DNA of 64,000 bases, from the NCBI GenBank assembly GCA_965199495.1, contig CBDASK010000003.1, forward strand, positions 4,352,001 to 4,416,000, given 5' to 3'. The notes under the pieces are model-generated. The model did no database searches and was not told where the DNA came from. It saw nothing but the letters and a program-made list of their open reading frames with translations. Position numbers and translations under genes: made by a program. Numbering within the stretch: position 1 is the first letter of the stretch; each line of letters starts with the position of its first letter. The DNA comes from Abditibacterium sp. (lineage in GTDB: Bacteria > Armatimonadota > Abditibacteriia > Abditibacteriales > Abditibacteriaceae). Positions 29,816-40,402 of the stretch are shown in pieces.

Positions 29816-30882
29816 TGTCGAGTCCCACCACAAACTGAACAGAAAGGAGGTAAAAGCGAGTGACATCCGGTAGGCTTTCTTAGCGACCAAGCAAAGGAAC
29901 CCCACCGAATGCAACTTCATTCTAACGCAGCGACTTGCCCCCGGCAACGCCAACTTATCCGCAATAGCACACAAACGATGCGCACATTAGCCCACAATCT
30001 GGGCGTCTCCCTCGCCACCGTTCACAAGTGGACGCATCGAGAAGATCGCTTTGACCGCTCGTGCCGCCCGGACAACATTCATTACGCTCTGCAAGAAGAG
30101 GAAGAATCTCTACTGCTGTGGCTGCGGCAAACGGGCGAACTCTCGCTCGATGACCTCTTCGACGCCATGGCGCCGCTCATGCCGCATCTGCGCCGTTCGA
30201 GTTTGCACCGTCTGCTGCGCCGCAACGGCTGCAGCCGCTTACCCAAAAAGGAGCAACAGCCCACGGGACACCGGGGCACATTCAAAGAATACGGCCCCGG
30301 CTTTTTGCACATCGACTGCTTCTACTTGCCCAAACTGGGCGGACAGAAGTATTATTGCTATGTGGCCATCGACCGCGCCACTCGTCTGCTCTATCTGGCG
30401 GTTTACCCCACCCGCAACGGCGACGCAGCCACGCACTTTCTGCGGCGCTGTCTGCAGTTCTTCCCGTTTACAATCGAGAAGATACTCACCGACAACGGGC
30501 GCGAGTTCACCCTCAATACTTTCCGCAATCGCTACGACCGCGCCAAAAAGCTCTCGCTCTTCACCCAGATCTGCCATGACAACGCAATCGAACACCGCCA
30601 AACACGGCCTTACACGCCCAAAACCAATGGAATGGTGGAACGGGCCAACGGTCTAATCAAAGAAGGCACGACCAAACGCCAGATCTACGACAACGCACAG
30701 GAGATGAAGGACGATCTTCATCGTTGGTTTGTCTTCTACAACTTCAGCCGCAGCCACCGCCAGATCGGACGCATCACGCCTTATCAGGCCGTCTGCAACT
30801 GGCACCAAAAACAGCCCGAACTCTTTCGCAAAGACCCAACCGAATTGCTCGCTTACCGTTTACAACCTCATGGGACTTGACA
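29816..30882 (+). mobile_element. IS481-family insertion sequence, 1067 bp
   Basis: TGT..ACA ends; inverted repeats TGTCGAGTCCCA / TGTCAAGTCCCA; 6-bp target duplication ATTACG (29810-29815, 30883-30888). Confidence 0.92.
29909..30880 (+). CDS. IS481-family DDE transposase
   Basis: LHSNA N-terminus, HTH, GFLHID, AIDRATR, ILTDNGREF, RPYTPKTNGMVERAN. Confidence 0.92.
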   Translation: MQLHSNAATCPRQRQLIRNSTQTMRTLAHNLGVSLATVHKWTHREDRFDRSCRPDNIHYALQEEEESLLLWLRQTGELSLDDLFDAMAPLMPHLRRSSLHRLLRRNGCSRLPKKEQQPTGHRGTFKEYGPGFLHIDCFYLPKLGGQKYYCYVAIDRATRLLYLAVYPTRNGDAATHFLRRCLQFFPFTIEKILTDNGREFTLNTFRNRYDRAKKLSLFTQICHDNAIEHRQTRPYTPKTNGMVERANGLIKEGTTKRQIYDNAQEMKDDLHRWFVFYNFSRSHRQIGRITPYQAVCNWHQKQPELFRKDPTELLAYRLQPHGT

Positions 30883-31073
30883 ATTACGCGGTTGTCCCGC
30901 ATCCATTTGCGGCGGCTAAAGTATAGGGATTAACGGAGATGAATTACTCGCAGCCGCAAGCCAATTTAAAGTTGGAATCGAATTTCATATCAACGGGCAG
31001 AGTCGAAATATGGCAAGCGTCGAGATTTCTTTACAGACTCAACACCTGTCCTATTGTCCTAAACTTTGCTTCA

Positions 31074-33908
31074 ATGTCAAAACATTCCATTTTACTTCTC
31101 GTCGCCTGCGGCTTGCTGGTGCCCGCCGCGTGCGCCCAAACCAAGCCCGCCCCGACCGCCGTGGCTGCTAAAGCGTCCGCGCAATCGAAGGCGCCCACAA
31201 TTCCGATGCGCGTGGCTGCCGTCAATCCGTTCGTCGGCACCGCCGAACATGGCCACACCTATCCCGGCGCGACAACGCCGTTTGGCATGACGCAGGTTTC
31301 GCCCGACACGCCGACGCAGGGCTGGGACGGCGCGTCGGGTTATTACTACGCCGATTCGGTAATTCGCGGTTTTAGCTTCACGCACCTGTCGGGCGTCGGG
31401 CGCGCTGGCGGATTGGGCGATTTTATGCTGATGCCCACGGTTGGCGAACTGCAACTGAACGTCGGCGATCCGGGCAAAACGCCGGGTTACGCGTCCAAAT
31501 TCTCGCACGACAACGAAGCAGCCACGCCGGGTTACTACAAAGTTTTACTGGACGATTCTAAAGTCACCGCCGAACTGACCGCGACCACGCGTTGCGGAAT
31601 GCAGCGCTATACCTTTCCGGCTTCGGACAATTCGCACGTCATTTTAGATTTGGAACATGGCATCGGCAGCACAGTCGCGCAGTCGGGCTTGACGGTTGAA
31701 AACGCGACGACTTTGTCCGGCTATCGTCTGTCCGATGGCTGGGGCGGGCGGCGCGCGGCTTATTTCGTGATGGAGTTCTCGCGCCCGTTCGATTCGTATG
31801 GCGTCGAGAAAGACGGCGCGCGCGTGGACGGCACGCCAACCAAAGTGGATGGAAAAGCGGTGAAATTTTTCGCCAATTACAAAACCAGCGCGGGCGAACA
31901 AATAGTGGTGCGCGTCGGCGTTTCGTCAACGGGCATCGAAGGCGCGCGTAAGAATCTGGCGGCGGAAATGCCCAATTTCGATTTCAACGCGGTTCACGGC
32001 AAAGCCGTCACTGCGTGGAACGATTTGCTGGGCCAAATCGAAGTTGAAAGTAAAGACCCGAAAATCGCGCGCACGTTCTACTCGAATGTGTATCAATCGT
32101 CGCTCGGCCCGGTCTTGTTCAACGATGTGGACGGCGCCTATCGCGGCGCCGACGGCCAGAATCATAGGGGCGCCGGTTTCCAGAATTACACCACGTTTTC
32201 GCTGTGGGATACCTTTCGCGCGCAAAACCCGCTGATGACCATCACGCAGCCCAGTCGCGTTTCGGACATCGTCAATACTTTGGTCGCGTTCGAGAAAGAG
32301 CGCGGCAAAGACGAGATGCCGGTTTGGACGTTGTGGGGCAACGAAACCAACACGATGATCGGCTACAACTCGGCGCCGGTCGTCGTTGATGCGTATCTCA
32401 AAGGTTTCAAGGGTTTCGACGCCGAAGCCGCGTATCAGGCGCTCAAGCGCACGGCTTTGAACGGGCGCAACGGTCAAGACGATTTCAACAAAACCGGTTA
32501 CGTCGTTTCGGGTGTGACCGGCGAATCGGTTTCGCGCTCGCTTGAATACGCCTATGACGATTGGTGCATCGCGCAGATGGCCCAGAAGTTGGGGCACACC
32601 GACGATGCCAAAATGTTTTTGGCGCGCGCGGCGAACTTTACCAATTTGTTCGACAGTTCGACCGGTTTCATGCGCGGGCGCAAAGCGAGCGGCGCGTGGA
32701 GCCGTCCGTTCGATCCCAAAGTTGGCAGCGGAGATTTTACCCAAGCGAATCCGTGGCAAAACACCTGGGCCGTGATGCAAGACCCGCAAAAATTGGTCTC
32801 CATGATGGGCGGCGACGCGGCGTTTATCAATAAGTTGGACGGCCTGTTTAACGAAGGCGGCGAGAAATCGAACTACATCGGCGCGACTGGACTCATCGGC
32901 CAATATGCGCACGGCAACGAGCCGGTGCATCACGTCGCCTATCTGTTCAATTACGCGGGCGCGCCCTTTAAAACTCAGTTTCGCGTGCGCCAGGTGATGA
33001 GTTCGTTTTACAGCGATACCGCCGCCGGTTCGCCCGGCAACAACGATGTCGGCCAGATGTCGGCGTGGTATATTTTCAGCGCATTAGGTTTTTACCCGGT
33101 CAATCCCGCGCAGGGCGTCTACGTTTTGGGTAGCCCCGCCGTGGATAAAGCGACGATTCACCTCGATCCAAAACTCTACGGTGGCAAGACTTTCACCATC
33201 ACGGCGCAGAACAATTCGCCGCAAAACGTCTATATTCAATCGGCCACGCTCGACGGCCAGCCGTTGACAAAAAGTTATATCACGCACCAGCAGTTGACCA
33301 GAGGCGGCACTTTGAATTTCGTGATGGGGCCGAATCCGAACATGAACTGGGGCAAGGCGCCCGCATCGCGCCCGCCGTCGGGGATGCCGAATAATTATGC
33401 GTATGCAGCCACTCCCGAAGGCTCGAAGCCGGTGAACGTGAATTGGAAATTGCCGATTCGCGTGGCGCCCGGTTTGGAAGAAGCGACCGATGGTTGGTTG
33501 CCCGATTTCACCGTTGATGCCGGTTCATTCAACGCCAAAGACGTGAAAGTTGATACCAATGTGCCCAACGCGGCGCCGGAAAAAATTTACCAGACCGAGC
33601 GTTACGGCAACGACGTGACCTACACTTATCCCGTGCCCAAAGGCGCGACTTACACGGTGCGTTTGCACTTCGCCGAGATTTTCTCGCCCCAACCGGGAGG
33701 CCGTTTGGAGAACATTTCGCTGAACGGAAAGGTCGTGTTGCCCAAACTCGACATCGCCGCCGAAGTTGGTCAAAACAAAGCCCTTGTGAAAGAGTTCGAT
33801 AACGTCGCGCCCGATGCCAATGGCAACGTCGTGATTCGCGTGCAAGCCGATCCAAGTAGCAAAGATCAGAACTCGAAAATTAGCGCGATTGAAATATTGA
33901 AGCCGTAG
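31074..33908 (+). CDS. GH92 + malectin-like, close paralog of 168-3011, with Gln at the predicted general-acid position
   Basis: Colinear with the first GH92 and sharing long identical stretches; FTQANPWQN versus YTEANAWHY. Start moved to ATG 31074. Confidence 0.92.
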   Translation: MSKHSILLLVACGLLVPAACAQTKPAPTAVAAKASAQSKAPTIPMRVAAVNPFVGTAEHGHTYPGATTPFGMTQVSPDTPTQGWDGASGYYYADSVIRGFSFTHLSGVGRAGGLGDFMLMPTVGELQLNVGDPGKTPGYASKFSHDNEAATPGYYKVLLDDSKVTAELTATTRCGMQRYTFPASDNSHVILDLEHGIGSTVAQSGLTVENATTLSGYRLSDGWGGRRAAYFVMEFSRPFDSYGVEKDGARVDGTPTKVDGKAVKFFANYKTSAGEQIVVRVGVSSTGIEGARKNLAAEMPNFDFNAVHGKAVTAWNDLLGQIEVESKDPKIARTFYSNVYQSSLGPVLFNDVDGAYRGADGQNHRGAGFQNYTTFSLWDTFRAQNPLMTITQPSRVSDIVNTLVAFEKERGKDEMPVWTLWGNETNTMIGYNSAPVVVDAYLKGFKGFDAEAAYQALKRTALNGRNGQDDFNKTGYVVSGVTGESVSRSLEYAYDDWCIAQMAQKLGHTDDAKMFLARAANFTNLFDSSTGFMRGRKASGAWSRPFDPKVGSGDFTQANPWQNTWAVMQDPQKLVSMMGGDAAFINKLDGLFNEGGEKSNYIGATGLIGQYAHGNEPVHHVAYLFNYAGAPFKTQFRVRQVMSSFYSDTAAGSPGNNDVGQMSAWYIFSALGFYPVNPAQGVYVLGSPAVDKATIHLDPKLYGGKTFTITAQNNSPQNVYIQSATLDGQPLTKSYITHQQLTRGGTLNFVMGPNPNMNWGKAPASRPPSGMPNNYAYAATPEGSKPVNVNWKLPIRVAPGLEEATDGWLPDFTVDAGSFNAKDVKVDTNVPNAAPEKIYQTERYGNDVTYTYPVPKGATYTVRLHFAEIFSPQPGGRLENISLNGKVVLPKLDIAAEVGQNKALVKEFDNVAPDANGNVVIRVQADPSSKDQNSKISAIEILKP

Positions 33909-33912
33909 CCAA

Positions 33913-33959
33913 TTCGTTCCGTAGAGACACCGACTTGTCGTCTCTACGGGGCAAACGAA
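33913..33959. repeat. Collapsed GTAGAGAC-family REP hairpin
   Basis: CCGTAGAGAC-ACCGACTTGTC-GTCTCTACGG; same family as the elements at 44395 and 57316. Confidence 0.75.
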
Positions 33960-33993
33960 AAAGCCCGCCATCATCCAAATGGCGGGCTTTTTT
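33958..33993. terminator. Bidirectional intrinsic terminator
   Basis: AAAAAGCCCGCCAT-N7-ATGGCGGGCTTTTTT between convergent genes. Confidence 0.8.
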
Positions 33994-34005
33994 ACTCACT
34001 CCAAA

Positions 34006-37000
34006 CTAACCCGCCGGAACCACGCTCAACTCAGCCAGCGTCGCCAAACCCTGTCCGCTGCGTTCGCTTTTGACCACGATTTTGAGGTAACGCGCCGTCT
34101 GGGGCGCGTCCAAACTAATTCTCTGCTGCGTGCCTTCGTTGGCCAGCGTGCCGGTTTTCACTGGTGTGCCGAAATCATCGGCATCGTTGCTCAGATACAG
34201 TTCGTAATCCCCAATGCGCCCGTTGCTGCCATCGGCGCGCGGCGTCAGCAAAACGGCTTGGATGTTCTGTGGCGTCGCCATATCCACGCTAATCCATTGC
34301 GGCAGTTCGGTTTTGTCGGGCGAATAGCGCGAATGCCAGAACGTCGTTTCGTCGCCATCGAAAATATTCGAGGGCGTTCCTTCGCCATTCTGAAAACTGC
34401 TGGCGCTCGCCTTCCACTGGCTGCGCGCGACGAACGCATCAACCGGCACGGCGCTCTCGAAACTCTGGCCGTTAGCGCCGTGGCTGCGCACGCGCACCAG
34501 TCCGCCGCTTCCGAACGCGAATGCGCGCGTGTAAGGCTGATAATCGGCGTCGCCCAGCGCGTATTCGATTTTGTCGCCGTTGGCGTCGAGCGAAATCAGA
34601 CCGCTTTTATCGCGCGTCACCAAAACCGGCCACGCGCGATTGGCCGGAGCCACCACGCGCGCCACAGCAGCCACGTCGCCCGCCTTCGTGGGCAACAGGC
34701 GCAATCCATAGGAAAACGCCGTCGCGTTGGTGCGCACCATGCACTCCGCCGTCGGGCGCGGGCCACAACTCGCCGAACCCACGCCCAGAGTTTTCGAGGC
34801 CAAATTCAACACCGTCGCGTTCGAGGGCGGCAAATCCACCTTGTATTCGATGGGGTTCATCGTCTCGTCGGTGTATGGCAACGCCGAAAACTGCAAGGGA
34901 GCGCCCTGCGATTGCACCAACAACGTCGGCATCGCGCCGCCTTTGAGTGCGACCCAGCGCGCGTCTTCGTGGTTGCCTTGCTCCATCGGTTTGGCATAGC
35001 CCGTCATCTGCTGCGCGACCGTGCTGGAATAACGCCCGACATCCGAGCCGCGCTTGCGATCAACGTAATTTTCCATTGGCCCACGCGCCAGATATTCGAC
35101 GTTATCCAGTTTTTTATCGAGCAACATTCGCACGCCCATGCGCGCCAAAACGATGTCCGGCCCGCGCGGCACGACCGCGTTATCGGCGACGATGAAGCCG
35201 TCGCCGTAAACCGAGTATTTCACCGAATGCGTCACGGCAAACCCGCTTTTGCCCGTCAGTTGTAGCGTCTCGTCCACGCTCACTTGCGACGGCGAAACCT
35301 GCACAACTTTCATATTCACCAGTTCGGTTTTCAGGTCGTTCAAATCCGTGCTGTCCCAGCCACCCGCCGCATACATATCGTCGTTGCGGTGCGGCGCGCG
35401 CCACAGGTTCAATTTCGGGCCGCCGCCTTCCAACAACAAATTGGTGCCGCCGCGCGCCAAACGCACGATTTCGCCGGATTTGTCGTCGAACGCAATTTCA
35501 AAACCGTCGCCACGAATCGTCGTTTCTCCCGCGTTTTTGGCGATTTGCAATGGCTTCATGTTCGCCGTGGCTACTACCGGCGCTGGCGCCGCCATCGGCA
35601 ATTCCATCTGCGCGCGCGCCATTTCCGTTCCCGACGGCGCCCAATTCGCGTCTTTGTCGGTTACCATCGCCACGTTGAGATGATAAACCGCGCCCGTTTT
35701 GGGCGCGAACTTTTTTATCGGAATCGTTAGCGTCGTTTCTGCGCCCGGCGCCAACTTCAGCGCGGGCAAGTTGCCGTTTCGCACGGTCTTGCCGTCTTCG
35801 GTCACCGACCAGTAACCGCGAAATCCGCTCAAATCAATGAACGCATATTTGTTCTTGATTTTGATTTGGCCTTTGCTTAAATCCACTGGAGCGAATTTAA
35901 TCCACTGGTAAACGCGCTTAACTTCGGGATAGTGCGGTTTGGGCGAACGGTCGGAGAAAACCACGCCTTTGTGGATGAAATAATGGTCGTTGGGAAACTC
36001 GCCGAAACCGCCGCCGTAGGCGATATATTGGCGGTTCGGGTCGCGCCGATTCCAGATGCCCTGATCTTCCCACTCCCAAATCGCGCCGCCCAGCAGCGAC
36101 GGATAGGCGTCGAAAACATCGTTATATTCGCCCAGCGCGCCCATCGAATTGAACATCGCGTGCGCGTATTCGCACAGATACATCGGCTTGGTGTAATCGG
36201 CATTTTGCGCGATGCCCGCGAGCGGATTGGGCTGCGTATACATCTGCGAATCAATGCCCGCCGGGTTGTTGTCGCCGATGCCGAAACCTTCGTAATGCGT
36301 CGGACGAGTCGCGTCCAATTCGCGCACTTTGGCTTCGGCGACGCGCAAATTGGGGCCGCGCCCCGATTCGTTGCCCAGCGACCAAATGATGATGGACGGA
36401 TGATTCTTGAAATTTTCGACGTTGGCGACGTTTCGATCCACGAACATCTTTTCCATGCGCGGCTCGCTCGAAAGCCGCTGGTTGCCGTGACATTCCAAAT
36501 TCGCTTCGCCGACCAGATACAAACCGTATTCGTCGCACAGCTCATACCAACGCGGATCGTCGCTGTAGTGCGACGTGCGAACGTGATTGCAGTTGGCGCG
36601 CTTGAGCAGCAAAATGTCCTGAATCATGTTTTCTTCGGTGACATAATGGCCGGTGTTGACGTTGCTTTCGTGCCGGTTGGCGCCCTTGAGCTTGATCGGT
36701 TGGCCGTTGACCAAGAACTCGCGGCCCCGAATCTCGATTTCTCGAAAACCGACGCGCTGCGACAACAATTCGGGCACGGCGCCATCTTGCGACAAACTCA
36801 AAACGGCGGTATAAAGATTGGGCGTTTCCGCCGTCCATTTGGCCGGATTCGCGACTGGCATCGCAACCGAAACCGCCGTTTCGGCGCCCGCTTCGAGCGC
36901 GGGAACGATCACTTGCACCGGCGCGCCCACGCGCTGGTTGGCTTTGTCGAAAAGCGTCACATTCAAGCGGCGCGCGCCGACCGATTGCGCGCTGTAATTG

Positions 37001-37824
37001 TGAATCTTGGCGGCGACTTTCATGGTCGCGTTGCGATATTGCGCATCCAAATCGGTGGTAATTGCAAAATCGCGCGCGTGAACATCGGGCGCACTCCATA
37101 AGGTCACATTGCGAAAAATGCCCGACAAACGCCACATATCCTGATCTTCGAGATAGGAACCGGTCGTGTAGCGATAAACCTCGACCGCCAATTTGTTGGC
37201 GCCGCCCGCGTTGAGATAGGGCGTAATATCGAACTCGGCGGCGTTGCGTGAGTTCTCGCTATAACCGACTTTGCGCCCGTTAATCCACAGAAAAAATCCG
37301 GCGTCCACGCCATCGAACGTCAGAAACGTGCGGCGCCCGTTCCAATTCGCCGGGACAGAAAAATCGCGGCGATAACTGCCGACGGGATTGCGCTCTTCGT
37401 AGGCGGTATAATTCTTGGGCGGCTCGCTCATCACGCGCGGAAAATCGTTCTGGAAGGTGTAGCCGATATTGCGATAATAGGGCGTGCCATAGCCGTGCAA
37501 CTGCCAGTTCGAGGGCACCGAAATCGTCTTCCACGCGCTGTCATCGAAATCGGTTTTGAAGAAATCAAGCGGACGCATTTCGGGGCGCGCCACATAATTA
37601 AATTTCCAATCGCCGTTCAAGCTGCGCGCCCACGACGACGCGCGGCGGTCGGCTTTGAGCGCCTCGGCTTGATCGGCATAAGGCATCAGCGTGGCGTGCC
37701 ACGGTTGTTTGTTTTCGCCGATAACCGAAGGGTCTTCGATTTCGGCGGGAATCGGCGCGTTTTGCGCCCAACTGGTCATCGGTGCGGACATAATCAGGCC
37801 GCCGAGTAACAAAAATTTGTTCAT
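34006..37824 (-). CDS. GH2 beta-galactosidase (LacZ-like architecture) with C-terminal F5/8 type C domain, secreted
   Basis: YLEDQDMWRLSGIFR, KGANRHE, VRTSHY, WSLGNESG (acid/base), LCEYAHAM (nucleophile), Bgal_small_N-like region GPMENYVDRK. Confidence 0.92.
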   Translation of the reverse strand: MNKFLLLGGLIMSAPMTSWAQNAPIPAEIEDPSVIGENKQPWHATLMPYADQAEALKADRRASSWARSLNGDWKFNYVARPEMRPLDFFKTDFDDSAWKTISVPSNWQLHGYGTPYYRNIGYTFQNDFPRVMSEPPKNYTAYEERNPVGSYRRDFSVPANWNGRRTFLTFDGVDAGFFLWINGRKVGYSENSRNAAEFDITPYLNAGGANKLAVEVYRYTTGSYLEDQDMWRLSGIFRNVTLWSAPDVHARDFAITTDLDAQYRNATMKVAAKIHNYSAQSVGARRLNVTLFDKANQRVGAPVQVIVPALEAGAETAVSVAMPVANPAKWTAETPNLYTAVLSLSQDGAVPELLSQRVGFREIEIRGREFLVNGQPIKLKGANRHESNVNTGHYVTEENMIQDILLLKRANCNHVRTSHYSDDPRWYELCDEYGLYLVGEANLECHGNQRLSSEPRMEKMFVDRNVANVENFKNHPSIIIWSLGNESGRGPNLRVAEAKVRELDATRPTHYEGFGIGDNNPAGIDSQMYTQPNPLAGIAQNADYTKPMYLCEYAHAMFNSMGALGEYNDVFDAYPSLLGGAIWEWEDQGIWNRRDPNRQYIAYGGGFGEFPNDHYFIHKGVVFSDRSPKPHYPEVKRVYQWIKFAPVDLSKGQIKIKNKYAFIDLSGFRGYWSVTEDGKTVRNGNLPALKLAPGAETTLTIPIKKFAPKTGAVYHLNVAMVTDKDANWAPSGTEMARAQMELPMAAPAPVVATANMKPLQIAKNAGETTIRGDGFEIAFDDKSGEIVRLARGGTNLLLEGGGPKLNLWRAPHRNDDMYAAGGWDSTDLNDLKTELVNMKVVQVSPSQVSVDETLQLTGKSGFAVTHSVKYSVYGDGFIVADNAVVPRGPDIVLARMGVRMLLDKKLDNVEYLARGPMENYVDRKRGSDVGRYSSTVAQQMTGYAKPMEQGNHEDARWVALKGGAMPTLLVQSQGAPLQFSALPYTDETMNPIEYKVDLPPSNATVLNLASKTLGVGSASCGPRPTAECMVRTNATAFSYGLRLLPTKAGDVAAVARVVAPANRAWPVLVTRDKSGLISLDANGDKIEYALGDADYQPYTRAFAFGSGGLVRVRSHGANGQSFESAVPVDAFVARSQWKASASSFQNGEGTPSNIFDGDETTFWHSRYSPDKTELPQWISVDMATPQNIQAVLLTPRADGSNGRIGDYELYLSNDADDFGTPVKTGTLANEGTQQRISLDAPQTARYLKIVVKSERSGQGLATLAELSVVPAG

Positions 37825-37879
37825 AATTTGGGGAATTGGACAAAAGATTTAACTGAGACGACTCTTAGTTTAACAAGTT

Positions 37880-37895
37880 GCCCCGGCGTCGGGGC
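37880..37895. promoter_or_regulatory. Operator candidate GCCCCGGCGTCGGGGC
   Basis: CG-centred near-palindrome in the divergent GH2/GH67 region; matches 51470-51485. Confidence 0.55.
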
Positions 37896-38155
37896 TTTTA
37901 AAAAAGTCTCCTAATGTATCGAGTGATGTGGCGACACAAACCTCTTTATTTTTTGCTCCTGCGCTGGGGCAACGAATTAAACTATTTATAGAACTCACTT
38001 TTATCAACGCGATTGAATGCCCCAATTTTCGAGTTGCGGACACCAGCGAAAGTCATCGTGTCGGGATTTGCGCCGCATTTGGATGCGGCGTGGTTGTCCA
38101 ACGATGCGCTCGCAGAGCAACGAAATTCGTATTTCTCGTAGAAACTAAACTTCCC

Positions 38156-40315
38156 ATGCAACATTCTTTTCGTGTCTCGCGCTTTGGGCGCGTTGCCCCT
38201 CTGCTCTGCCTTTTGACGGCGCTGTTTTTCTCGGCTCAAGCGAGTTGGGCCGACGACGGTTATCGCCTGTGGATGCGCTACGACTCCCTACCCGCGCCCA
38301 ATATCGCCGTTTATCGCCAGCAGGTTTCCTCGATTGTCGTGACGGGCGATTCGCCCACGCTGACCGCGATTCGTAGCGAATTGGCGCGCGGTTGCGCCGG
38401 ATTGCTCGGCCAAAACGTGCCGCTCGCCAGCGCAGTCAACCGCAATGGCGCGCTCGTCGTAGGCACGCCGCAAAGTTCGCCCCTCATCAAAAATCTGAAA
38501 TGAGATAAACAACTCGGCGCGGCTGGGCCGCAAGGTTTTATCATGCGCTCGACGCAAATCGGGCCGCGCCGCGCGACGGTTATCGCTTCGCAAAGCGAAG
38601 TCGGCGCGCTTTATGGCGCGTTCGATTTGTTGCGCCGCATGGGCACGTTGCAGCCGATTAACGCATTGAACGTGAGCCAAAAGCCGCGTTTCGAGCTGCG
38701 GATGCTCGATCATTGGGACGATTTGGACGGCTCGGTCGGGCGCGGCTACGCGGGCAAATCGCTGTGGAAGTGGGACGAATTGCCTAAAGTGGACGCGCGC
38801 TTGTTGGATTACGCGCGTGCCAACGCGTCGTTGGGAATTAACGGCGCGGTTTTGAATAACGTCAACGCCAGCGCGCAGAGTTTGGCGCCAGATTACCTGA
38901 AAAAGACGGCGGCCATCGCCGATGCGTGGCGCCCCTACGGAATTCGGGTTTATCTGTCGGCGCGTTTTTCGTCGCCCATCGAACTGGGCGGATTGAAAAC
39001 CGCCGATCCGCTCGATCCCCAGGTCGCGGCCTGGTGGAAAGCCAAGGCTGACGAGATTTACGCGCTAATTCCCGATTTCGGCGGTTTTGTGGTCAAGGCC
39101 GACAGCGAGGGCCAGCCGGGGCCGCTCACCTACAAGCGCAGCCACGCCGATGGCGCCAATATGTTGGCCGCTGCGCTCGCGCCGCACAACGGCATCGTGA
39201 TGTGGCGCGCCTTTGTTTACGCGCCCAAACCCGGCTCCGACCGCATCGCCCAATCCTACGACGAGTTCAAGCCATTGGACGGCAAGTTCGCGCCCAACGT
39301 GCTGTTGCAGATCAAAAATGGGCCGCTCGATTTTCAGCCGCGCGAGCCGTTTCACCCGCTCTTTGGCGCCATGCCCAAAACGCAATTGATGGCCGAATTG
39401 CAAATCACCCAGGAGTATCTGGGCCACGCTTCGCAACTCGCTTTTCTGGCGCCGATGTGGCACGAATTTCTCGATTCCGATACTTACGCCAAGGGCGCCG
39501 GTTCGACGGTGAAAAAAGTGCTGGACGGCAGCTTGACCGGCCAGAAACTTACTGGCATCGCCGGAGTTTCCAACATCGGCGACGACCGCAACTGGACGGG
39601 CAGCGATCTGGCTCAGGCCAACTGGTATGCTTTTGGTCGTCTGACCTGGAACCCCGATATCTCGTCGCAGCAGATCGCCAATGAGTGGAGTATGCTGACT
39701 TTCACGCGTAATCCGCAGGCCGTCGCCACGCTGTCTCGTTTGCTGCTTCAATCGCGCGAAGCCGTGGTGGATTACATGACGCCGCTCGGTCTGACGCATA
39801 TTATGATGGTGGGCAATCATTACGGCCCGCAACCGTGGCGCGGCATGAGCGACAATGGCGATACGACCGGCACTTTTCATCGGGCCGACGCGCAGGGTTT
39901 GGGCTACGACCGCACCGCGACCGGCAGCGACGCGGTGAGTCAGTATCAAGGGAAGACGCGCGAAAAATTCGCCGATATTTCTCAGACGCCCGACGATTTG
40001 TTGCTGTGGTTTCACCATGTGCCGTGGGACGCCAAAATGCGTTCGGGGCGCACGATGTGGGACGAATTGGCGCTGCACTATCAGCGCGGCGTGGATTGGA
40101 CGCGCCAAGCCCAAAAGGAGTGGGCGACGATGAAAGGCAGCGTTGACCCGCAACGCTACGACGCCGTGGCTGCGATGTTCGCCCAGCAGGAAAAAGACGC
40201 GATGTGGTGGCGCGATGCCTGCCTGCTCTACTTCCAAACCTTCTCCAAACGCCCCTTACCAGTTGGCGTCGAGAAATCGGGGGCGACGTTGGAAGAGTTC
40301 AAAGCGCGCCAGTAA
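38156..40315 (+). pseudogene. aguA: GH67 alpha-glucuronidase interrupted by an in-frame TGA at 38501-38503
   Basis: DDGYRLWMRY N-terminus and [51 protein letters not shown] all lie in the same frame, separated only by K-TGA-DKQL. Confidence 0.85.
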
Positions 40316-40322
40316 AGACGGG

Positions 40323-40362
40323 AAAATCGGCGGCAAACCACTTTCGGTTTGCCGCCGATTTT
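40323..40362. terminator. Bidirectional intrinsic terminator
   Basis: AAAATCGGCGGCAAACC-N6-GGTTTGCCGCCGATTTT. Confidence 0.8.
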
Positions 40363-40402
40363 TCTTTTTTCAAGGTTTGGCGCTTGGCTTCGATTCCGCG
40401 CT

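Noticed and set aside
38501..38503. Genome-wide UGA recoding or selenocysteine
   Set aside because: TGA ends other genes at expected C-termini (for example 15853 and 17001), Trp is encoded by TGG throughout, and the site is not a Cys/redox position.
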